NCBI RefSeq assembly: GCF_009914755.1
Contig: NC_060940.1
Length of the DNA: 64,000 bases
From: the human T2T-CHM13v2.0 reference genome, Homo sapiens
Reading direction: 5' to 3' (one strand)
Position numbers and translations under genes: made by a program. The notes under the pieces are model-generated. The model did no database searches, was not told the DNA's origin, and saw only the letters and a list, made by a program, of their open reading frames with translations. This document shows positions 14,657-29,760 of this stretch, piece by piece. Within the stretch, counting starts at the first letter, position 1. Each line of letters opens with the position of its first letter.

Positions 14657-15580
14657 ATCCTCAACAAGTACGACTCATGGATTTCCTTCCTGAGCAGCGT
14701 GCGGTACTGGATGGCCTTCAACGTGGAGCGGGCCTGCCAGTCCTACTTTGGCTGTGTGCAGTGTATTAGTGGGCCCTTGGGCATGTACCGCAACAGCCTC
14801 CTCCAGCAGTTCCTGGAGGACTGGTACCATCAGAAGTTCCTAGGCAGCAAGTGCAGCTTCGGGGATGACCGGCACCTCACCAACCGAGTCCTGAGCCTTG
14901 GCTACCGAACTAAGTATACCGCGCGCTCCAAGTGCCTCACAGAGACCCCCACTAAGTACCTCCGGTGGCTCAACCAGCAAACCCGCTGGAGCAAGTCTTA
15001 CTTCCGGGAGTGGCTCTACAACTCTCTGTGGTTCCATAAGCACCACCTCTGGATGACCTACGAGTCAGTGGTCACGGGTTTCTTCCCCTTCTTCCTCATT
15101 GCCACGGTTATACAGCTTTTCTACCGGGGCCGCATCTGGAACATTCTCCTCTTCCTGCTGACGGTGCAGCTGGTGGGCATTATCAAGGCCACCTACGCCT
15201 GCTTCCTTCGGGGCAATGCAGAGATGATCTTCATGTCCCTCTACTCCCTCCTCTATATGTCCAGCCTTCTGCCGGCCAAGATCTTTGCCATTGCTACCAT
15301 CAACAAATCTGGCTGGGGCACCTCTGGCCGAAAAACCATTGTGGTGAACTTCATTGGCCTCATTCCTGTGTCCATCTGGGTGGCAGTTCTCCTGGGAGGG
15401 CTGGCCTACACAGCTTATTGCCAGGACCTGTTCAGTGAGACAGAGCTAGCCTTCCTTGTCTCTGGGGCTATACTGTATGGCTGCTACTGGGTGGCCCTCC
15501 TCATGCTATATCTGGCCATCATCGCCCGGCGATGTGGGAAGAAGCCGGAGCAGTACAGCTTGGCTTTTGCTGAGGTGTGA
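14657..15580 (+). CDS. HAS3: HAS3 last coding exon (ILNKYDSW...AFAEV*)
   Basis: ttgcag| acceptor; GDDR and QQTRW (QxxRW) motifs plus TM helices; total CDS 636+102+924 = 1662 nt = 553 aa. Confidence 0.98.
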   Translation: MLNKYDSWISFLSSVRYWMAFNVERACQSYFGCVQCISGPLGMYRNSLLQQFLEDWYHQKFLGSKCSFGDDRHLTNRVLSLGYRTKYTARSKCLTETPTKYLRWLNQQTRWSKSYFREWLYNSLWFHKHHLWMTYESVVTGFFPFFLIATVIQLFYRGRIWNILLFLLTVQLVGIIKATYACFLRGNAEMIFMSLYSLLYMSSLLPAKIFAIATINKSGWGTSGRKTIVVNFIGLIPVSIWVAVLLGGLAYTAYCQDLFSETELAFLVSGAILYGCYWVALLMLYLAIIARRCGKKPEQYSLAFAEV

Positions 15581-17943
15581 CATGGCCCCCAAGCAGAGCG
15601 GGTAAAGTGCAATGGGTAAGGGAGGGAAGGGGAATGGAAGAGAAAAGACAGGGTGGGAGGGAGGAGGGAGTGCTGTGTTTTAGTCTCTTAATGGTCCAAA
15701 GGACAAATCTAAAATGCAAAGAACGGTGATGTAGTATGGCCTGACAGCTCTGTTTAGAGGAGGCAACACTGATCCCCCAGATGCAGGGCTGCAGGGGATT
15801 CTGTGTTTTCAGACTGCCTGTCTGCTTGCATCTGCACATAGGCAGTAGCCTCCTCCTGGGCTCCAGAGGGCACTCAGAAGTTGTGCTAAACCAAGTTAAG
15901 TCCCATTCAGTGGCAACTTGTGATAGGTACCTGAGTGACGGCAACCTGCGGAAGGAGGTTCTCCCAGCCCATCTGAACACAACCAGAGGTGGCAGGAGAA
16001 TTTCTACTGAGCGAGCTGGGCCGGTTAGTGTATGTCACCCCCACCCCACCCCTAAGTAGTCATCAATGCAATAAGATTGCGCCTGAGATACAAGGCCCAG
16101 AAGCCTGATCTTTGGGCATCAGAAAACAGGGTCCAGGAATGGTGCTTTATGTGAGATACCCCACTCCACATCAACATTCCAGGGATGAGCCAAACCAGCA
16201 GGGAGTTAGCACTGAACTGCTTTTAAAAGTGCACATTAAAAAGGAAAGTTTGCCAGGAGGAACAAAGAGATTGTGGTGGTGCTAAAGGAGGCCATAAGCT
16301 ACACAGAGGCCTTGGGTGTTCCACCTGGAAACTGCTCAGACGTCTAGATGGGTTCTTAGCTTGTCTGTGATCTCTGCTGGGGAGATAAAAAGATTAAGCC
16401 CCAACATGTTCAGAAAAGAAGTGAAGTCTTGGGTATTTTAACCTGTATACTCTTGAATTCCTCTCAAATTCAGCTCTGATCTGAGGCTAAGACACACTCC
16501 CCACTTCACTTTCTTCAAAGCCACATTTTTTGAGGTATCACTGCAGTCACCTCTTCTACCCTCATCATCATAGGTAAGGTTTTCAAGGTGGCAATTGGGG
16601 CGGAGCCCCGGCTCTTATAGAAGCTTCAGCAGGAGGCAAGCGTGTTCTCAGCACATATGGGAACTATGAGGAGCCTCTGATCAAATTGGCTACAATCTTG
16701 GAGCTGCTTGGACGGATTCCTTGGCAGCCGGGTTAGCATGTGTGACTTTCAGGCTACTGTTCTTGACAATCATCTCCAATGGAAAGCTTTTCAGTGTTCC
16801 CAAAGTGAACTCTCAAATCCAAAATGGTTATCTTTGAGACCATCCATTCTCCTCAGTGGCTTCTCCAGGGAATTCTTACAGCCAAGTTGTGACAGTCACT
16901 GCATTTGCCTGCTTCTTTCCAGAAACCAAACTAGGAGATGAAACTGGTTCCTACATCCTAAGGTTCTTGCTTTCTCTCTCATGCCTCCTGAGGCTGTTTT
17001 TGGCTGTTTTCCCTCTGCTGCTTTTGGGGAATGAGGGGAAGCCATTTTCCAGTGACTTGCAATCCAGGCTGTTCTCAGCGTTTTGAGTTTAAAACCTGGG
17101 ATCCTGACTAAGCCTTTGACTTAAGGGTTGCTTGCTTGCCCTCCAAATGTCCTTTCTCAGAGGGGCCAGCTAACCCGTGCAGAACCAGCACTAAGGTGGA
17201 CAGCAGACAAGAGGGCAAGCCTCTAGTGTACCAAGTGCTTCCTACAAAGACGCAAGGTGTGCTCTGAGCCACAGATGGGCAAACCCTGGTGCTTTCCTTC
17301 ATCTCCCACGAACTCAAGGGTTTTCCAGGTGTAGCTAACAGTTGCCACATCACACAGACCTCGAGTTTCTGGTAAGACTGCTGGTTGACATCAGACCCAA
17401 CCCATGAAGGCTGGAAGGCAGCAGGCATTTGCTAAGGCAGCTGATCCAGGCAATCGTTCTGCTGGCCAAGAAGTTAAACTATTTTGAGCATTAGAATGGA
17501 GGAAATCCGGTCAGCCAAGTGCAGAGTTCAGACTTCGCTAAGGGCTTGTTTTTCTTCAGCATTTACTTGAAGATTAATGTAGGATGACAGGCTCTCCTGG
17601 CTGTCCTACCATCAGCTCTGCCTTGCACTGTGGTCGTCAACTTTCCTCAAATCAAAAACAGGCAGGTACAGGTAGTGGGCTCACAACGTTTGACCTCGAC
17701 TGGTTTTTCTAAGTTATTTTGTACATTTTTCAGCAGCAAAACCAAACTGGGTCTTCAGCTTTATCCCCGTTTCTTGCAAGGGAAGAGCCTTTATACAATT
17801 GGACGCATTTTGGTTTTTCCTCATTGAGAATTCAAATCCTCTTTTGTATTGTTTCTACAATAATTTGTAAACATATTTATTTTTACCTGCTTTTTTTTTT
17901 TTAATTTTCAGGTCAAGTTTTTTATACTGCACTTATTTGTCAA

Positions 17944-17949
17944 AATAAA
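17944..17949 (+). terminator. HAS3: HAS3 polyadenylation signal AATAAA
   Basis: AATAAA preceded by U-rich sequence, ~2.36 kb after the stop codon. Confidence 0.85.
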
Positions 17950-18009
17950 GATTCTCACATATGCCGGTTATCTCGAAACTACTACTTTGTATTTAATGAA
18001 AGCTAGCTC

Positions 18010-18015
18010 TTTATT
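18010..18015 (-). terminator. CHTF8: CHTF8/DERPC distal polyadenylation signal
   Basis: TTTATT on + = AATAAA on -, ~1.15 kb downstream of the DERPC stop. Confidence 0.75.
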
Positions 18016-18664
18016 CCAGTTTCCAAAGAGGGACTTAAAATAGAAAGTTTAGTCAGGTGGGACTCAAGACCTGGGCAATATGTCCATCCTGGTAACTACA
18101 CCCATGGGGGCTTAACTTTTAGTGTAGAGGGTCTTTGGTGAAATAACTAACTGGCAGATGAATGGGCCCTTGCTAAGACTAAAAACCAAAGCTTGCTTCC
18201 TCTTGGAGCAAAAGCATTTTAGCCGACATGATGTAAGACTGTAGCCAAGCTGAAACAATGAAAAGCAGAGGAAACTTCCTTCCCTATGAAACAGGTAACA
18301 AAACACAGTGACACCAGCAGCCCTCTCATCCCATTTATTAAAGAAACAGTAAGAAAAGATACAATGCAGGAAAACCACCAACCATCCTTGCACACCAGGC
18401 CGAACAAAGCACAGTGATTTCTTCCCTTCATCCCCCACCCCCACCCTAATTCCCATATTCCCATCCACATCAGTTTAAATTTTGAGGTTCTTTGATTGAT
18501 TGGGAGTACCAGTGAAGAGGGAGTTGGATGAGTAGAGGGGCCTTAAATCTGGCCACCTCTAAGTCCCAGGAGAAGGGAGCTGCAGGCCCAGTCAGTCAAG
18601 CAGAAACTGCATTCGGTGGGTCTTTCTTTGAAGTGGTTGTCCATCTCCCTGTTCTGTGTTCAAG

Positions 18665-18772
18665 CCCCCAGGGAAAGGTATGGCAGTAGAGGATGACCAG
18701 GTCCAAGCTGCCCAGGTCAGAGCTACGGAAGCATGGTCCGTTCACCAACGCCACGTTTCTAGAGAGCAGTGA
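18665..18772 (+). CDS. HAS3: HAS3 alternative terminal coding exon (short isoform C-terminus PPGKGMAVEDDQVQAAQVRATEAWSVHQRHVSREQ*)
   Basis: Acceptor ctccctgttctgtgttcaag|, phase 0 and compatible with the 13856 donor; gives 246+35 = 281 aa, matching my recollection of HAS3 isoform b. Confidence 0.75.
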   Translation, partial: PPGKGMAVEDDQVQAAQVRATEAWSVHQRHVSREQ

Positions 18773-19163
18773 GCTGATTCTCCAATGGTGAGCAGGGGAC
18801 TACATGTGAACTGGGACCTGCAGGCCAATGTATCCCTGAGGAAAAGTCCACAAGAACAATTCAAGAAACTAGTAAGAAACAATGGGCAGAAAGCTGTGGG
18901 ACGAAAGCACAGCAGGCTTCTGGGAGGCTGGAGATCCTTTCTCTCAAGGGCAGGATTATTCCCACCTGCCACAGTTCACATGCCACAAATAACATCTCAC
19001 CTTCAGTCAAGAAAAACGCAAAGGAAAAAGATGGCTCATTTGAACTTGAGCCCAAGCTATGTTCTTCAGACTGTAGCTCCACAACTACCCTTTTACCTAA
19101 GACAGCCCCTGCCAAGAACCACAGTGCCTAGAAACCAAGGTGGTCCTGGAGGGAAAATGGTGT

Positions 19164-20738
19164 TTAAGGGGGCAACATTCCATTTGGGTACATTGCAGCC
19201 ATTGGACCCCCTGGTCTGGGGAAAGCAGCTGGGTTTGTGCCAGGGAGGCTCCCCACTCTAGGAAATGGGACGAAACTCTTGCCTGCAGGGCCATTCATCC
19301 TTGGAAAGGAAGCTGGGTTGAGACCCAGGGTCCCAGTTGGCCTTGTGAAAGGAGCTGGGTTGATACCCACAGGGCCAGCTGGAGAAGGGCCCAGATGCCC
19401 GGCAGCTGGCCTGGGGAAAGTAACTTGACCAGGGCCTAATGGGCCAGTAGACCTTGGGAAGGTAGTTGGACTTGGACCCTGCAGGCCAGTGGCCCTTGGG
19501 AAGTTAGCTGGGTTGGGGCCAAGTGGCCCAGAGGCTCTTGGGAAAATGGTTGGATTTGAGCCCTGGAGGCCAGCGGACCTTTGGAAGGTAGCTGGGTTTG
19601 ATGCCAATGTGCCAGAAGACTGAGAAAAGGCAGATGAACCTGCTCCCCTGGGAAAGGGATTGGCATTTACCCCCATGGGGCCAACTGGCCTTGAGAAATG
19701 AGCTGAATTAGGGCCTATGGGGCCAGGAGCCCTTGACATGGGAGATGGATTTGGCCCTGGAAGGCCAATTCCCCGAGAGCTAGGACCCGAGTTTGGGCCC
19801 ATGGGGCCAGGTACTCTTGCCATGGAGGATGGGCTTGTGCCCATGTTTCCAGAAGCCTGTGAGAAAGAAGCTGAATTTGCTCCTAAAAGACCTGCTGCTC
19901 TTAGAATGGGGGCAAGATCGAGGCCTTGAGGTCCAGCCATTCTTAAGTTAAGACCAGATCCTGTGCCCAAGAGGCCACCTGCTCTGGCATCTAGATTAGG
20001 GCCTGGGCCCAGGCCACTTGGTCTTGGGTTGGGCCCAAGGCCTGGGCCTGGAAACACACCTGACCTGGGGGCAGGGTTTGTCCCTAAAAAGCCTGATCTC
20101 AGATTGGGGTTTGGTCCTGGGCCCAGGCCAACTGGCCTAGGATTGGGAGGACCATTCCCAGAGGTTAACAGAACACCGGCTCTCAGGTTAGGTCCAGATC
20201 CAGGGCCCATGGGACCACCACCTCTGGGGTCAGGACCTGCTCCCAGGAGACCACCTGCCCTTGGGTTGGACATAGGACCTGGTCCTGGGAGACCCCCTAA
20301 CCTGGGGTTAGACAGAGGCCCTGGGCCTGGCAGAGCCCCTGTCCTAGGGTTTAGGGTGGGGCCTGGGCCTGGGCCTGGCCCCAAGAGGCCACCAGGCCTT
20401 GGGAAAGAAACTGCACCTGTGCCAGTGGGATTCATCCCTCTTGGAAAAGAAGCCATACTTGGGTCACGAGCACCAGCCGGGAAAGGTGCTGGATTTGAAG
20501 CCAATGAGCCTGATGAAGCTGGAAAAGGAGATGGGTTCCTTGGAAATGGGGTCAGATTTCCACCAAGAGAACCGGCCGCCATAAGGAAGGGATCCGAGTT
20601 CACACCCAGTGGGTGGCCTGTGTTCAGAACAGGACCCCCCTGTGGTCCCAGGGAACCGTCGAGCCGTCCTCGAGGTGGCAGCGGAGCACGAGTCCAAGGA
20701 GTTGGCCGCTCTCTAGGGAAAATCCGAGGTTCTTTCAT
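19164..20738 (-). CDS. DERPC: DERPC, proline/glycine-rich protein, 524 aa, single uninterrupted ORF in the CHTF8 last exon
   Basis: 1575-nt open frame [10 protein letters not shown]...MLPP; ATG with A at -3; internally repetitive; matches the known second product of the CHTF8 locus. Confidence 0.9.
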   Translation of the reverse strand: MKEPRIFPRERPTPWTRAPLPPRGRLDGSLGPQGGPVLNTGHPLGVNSDPFLMAAGSLGGNLTPFPRNPSPFPASSGSLASNPAPFPAGARDPSMASFPRGMNPTGTGAVSFPRPGGLLGPGPGPGPTLNPRTGALPGPGPLSNPRLGGLPGPGPMSNPRAGGLLGAGPDPRGGGPMGPGSGPNLRAGVLLTSGNGPPNPRPVGLGPGPNPNLRSGFLGTNPAPRSGVFPGPGLGPNPRPSGLGPGPNLDARAGGLLGTGSGLNLRMAGPQGLDLAPILRAAGLLGANSASFSQASGNMGTSPSSMARVPGPMGPNSGPSSRGIGLPGPNPSPMSRAPGPIGPNSAHFSRPVGPMGVNANPFPRGAGSSAFSQSSGTLASNPATFQRSAGLQGSNPTIFPRASGPLGPNPANFPRATGLQGPSPTTFPRSTGPLGPGQVTFPRPAAGHLGPSPAGPVGINPAPFTRPTGTLGLNPASFPRMNGPAGKSFVPFPRVGSLPGTNPAAFPRPGGPMAAMYPNGMLPP

Positions 20739-20959
20739 ACTTTCTTGGGGACGCTGGTGATAATGGGCTTGGGGCGGGTTTTGAAAAGGATCTTGTCTTT
20801 GATGAGTGCTGTCACCAGGTACCGGGTGCCAGTCTCGCGGCCAAGCTCATCACAGTCCTGATCCCCAGGAGTGTGTTTGACAAGGACTGCAAAAGGTTTC
20901 TCCAGGTGGATGATTTTCCCATACAGGATATGATGCCCCACGATCAGCACAGGGATTCC
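20735..20959 (-). CDS. CHTF8: CHTF8 last coding exon (GIPVLIVG...VPKKV*)
   Basis: Acceptor ttctgccaaag| on -; 74 aa + TGA; Ctf8 family (CTF18-RFC clamp loader subunit). Confidence 0.96.
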   Translation of the reverse strand, partial: GIPVLIVGHHILYGKIIHLEKPFAVLVKHTPGDQDCDELGRETGTRYLVTALIKDKILFKTRPKPIITSVPKKV

Positions 20960-21362
20960 CTTTGGCAGAACAAGAACGAGATTCCTGAGGTTCCGGGGCA
21001 AGGCCATAACACTCAGGCGCCTCCTAAAGCTGCTCTTGGCAGGCTATGCTGGCACCTCCAATCCCTGGTCTGGCTCTGCCATTGTTGAGCAGCCACACTG
21101 GACCACCCACCCATGTGCCCTTTTTACTTTCTAGCCCCACATAGGAGAATTTCCACTTTCAGAAATGTGAGCTTTCCAGATTCCCCAAAATTAAATTTCC
21201 CTGCTACTGCAGAGGTAGGGGGAGAACAAGCAGAGAGCATCGCAGATTAGCTAGGCCTTGAATAACAAACCTGAGGCAGTCCTCACTCTGGGTCCTGGGA
21301 GCACCACCTTGGTGTAGCTTGCTTTCCTGAGGCATTAGGCAGGGAAAGAAAAGCCCCCTCAC

Positions 21363-21480
21363 CTCAGTGGTGTAATGTAGGTCTCCCAGGAGGTTTCCAG
21401 CTAATCCAGTGCTGTAGCGAGCCTCGATCTCCCCCTGTAGCTCCATCAGCACCCATTCTGCCAGGCCTCCAGCCCTCGCA
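21363..21480 (-). CDS. CHTF8: CHTF8 middle coding exon (118 nt; [17 protein letters not shown]...YTTE)
   Basis: ttgcag| acceptor, GAG|GTGAGG donor; conserved Ctf8 ELQG motif. Confidence 0.96.
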
Positions 21481-21745
21481 CTGCAAGCAAAGGGCTGGCG
21501 GTTACAATATTTTTGAGGGGTGAAGGATGAATAGTGTCCTCACACCACCATTTGAGGCCCAAAGGACCTCTTTGTTGGATGTCAAGTTCTTGGGAAATTG
21601 GGCAGTGCTAGGCATGGAACTAGAGATCAGAATGCAAGGATTTGTACAAGATGCACCTAAGGACCCTGATTCTTCCAGACACATGGCACACCTCTATAGC
21701 CCTCATCATTTCAAGCCAAATTTTAAAATCTCAAAATGTACTTAC

Positions 21746-21768
21746 CTGGAAATAACAATTTGCACCAT
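21746..21768 (-). CDS. CHTF8: CHTF8 first coding segment MVQIVIS(S); exon spans 21803-21746
   Basis: ctctacag| acceptor at 21803, ATG at 21768, CAG|GTAAGT donor; total 23+118+225 nt = 121 aa. Confidence 0.95.
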
Positions 21769-21861
21769 GAGCTTTCTGTCTTTAAAAAGCAAGTGAAAAC
21801 AAGCTGTAGAGAGAAAAAAAGAGATTTAGGGTAATAACAACAACAACTAATAATGACACCT

Positions 21862-25514
<3,653 letters not shown>

Positions 25515-27244
25515 AACTCACTAGACTTTTTAAATTCAAATATAAGTAGCAGCTAACATGTTTTGAATTTTTACTGTGGAATTTTTACTGTGCATATATA
25601 TTGGTGGTTTCTCATTCAACCATCATCACAAGTCTATGATATAGGTATTTATTCCTATTTTGCAGATCAGGCTACTGAGGCACACACAGATGAAGTCACT
25701 TGCTTGTATGTTGGACACACACAGCTGCTATGTGACAGAGTAGAAATCTGGGCCATCTGACTATCTACACTCATAATCACTACACAATTCTGCCTTCCCA
25801 AAGGAAAAAAAGTATTAATGAGAACGAAAAAGAATCAAGGCATCAGGCAGGCATGGAGTATATGCAATAGCTGGTCAGAAGGGCAATATGGAATCAAGAG
25901 AGCATCCTTGAATTGAGTCAGACCTTCTGCACCAGCACAGGTTGTGGGACCACTGGAAAAGGGGTAATACCCAAGCTCAGAACCCAAACATTTCCAAAAG
26001 AGGCCCCACCACTACTCTCAACAGAACTAAAAGCACTTTAAAAATCCTTTTATAAGGTTTCTTGAAGAAGGATAACAATTTAAAATCAGAAGGCCTAAAT
26101 TTAGCTCTCCTGCCTGTAAGTGTGGACCTCTTTACTGTGTAGTCAAGAACAAGTCACTTTGTGACTATGACACCTAGATTATGTCCTATGAAACTATTGC
26201 AAAGACCAAATATAACATCTGCTGAGGTGCTTTAAAGACCCCAAGTTCTATTGAGATGAACTAAGTTTTTTGAGACAGTGAGATAAGAAAATCAGCATTC
26301 TGACCCATAATTTTGACAATTTAAGGAATGGTACATTTTAGCCACGAATCAAAAAAAGGCTCAATAATGCACACAGAGAAGGGGCTCTTGCAAATATGCT
26401 TTTGAAGATGATGTAGTATATTTTCCTGGATGGGTACAAGTGACAGTAAAATACAGGTGGTTTTAGAGAAGCAATAAGGTGTTCACATAGGTACACGGTA
26501 TATTCTAGGAAGATCAAGGCAGGGAAGGAGACAGAGCCTACTTCCTGACAACCAAAATCAATCGTTAAGCACTGTGACCATGTGCTTGAGAAAAATGCCG
26601 AAATATTTTCAGTGCATTCTCCATTTCCTGGACAGTCTCCTGTTCTGAACAGGAATTCAGAACAATGGTGTCGAAAACACATTTGGTTGCTGGGATGGCA
26701 CAGCTGTACTTGCATACCAATCCCCCATGCCTCAATAACAATGCACACCTTTACACACTGATGCAGGAGGCTCTGCCTGTGTACATCTATGGCATTACCA
26801 GACATCTAGCAATGCTCCTGCAAATAGTTCTGTGGCCCACAGGCCTCAGCATCTTACCACCATGCTCAGTCAGGCTGGTAAAAACTTGTCTTATCCTAGA
26901 ACTATTGGGATGCTGCAGATGTATGTAGAAATGAAGTTCGAGCCCAGCTTCTAAGAGTTTAGTTCACAGGAACTTACAGACTGCTCTGGCTACAGTTAGG
27001 TAATTTATACGCACGTGGGTGTATTTACTACTAGTCAGGAACGTAGAGGAGGGCATCCTTTAGTGAATTTTAAAATTCTACTTTAGCACCTTAAAATATC
27101 CTGTAACACCTGAATTCTGTTATTTCTTTTCTTGCTCCTTGAGATTCTACTCCACACAACTGTTTCTAGGGCACAGTAGGTAGGGATTCCTGAGTACTCC
27201 CCTGAGGACACACCTGATGGAGGTGGCAGGGAGTATATATTTCA

Positions 27245-29760
<2,516 letters not shown>

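Noticed and set aside
19963-20760. 265-aa + strand ORF antisense to DERPC
   Set aside because: In-register shadow of Pro/Gly codons (CCN/GGN), which rarely give antisense stops; begins at a non-ATG codon.
20738-20850. Programmed frameshift fusing CHTF8 to DERPC (DERPC frame open ~36 codons upstream of its ATG)
   Set aside because: No canonical X_XXY_YYZ slippery heptamer seen in the CHTF8 frame; not excluded, but unsupported.
26338-26928. 155-aa and 87-aa ORFs and a 9-bp hairpin (26641-26664) in CHTF8 intron 1
   Set aside because: No recognisable homology or splice structure; a 9-bp stem is expected by chance in 64 kb.
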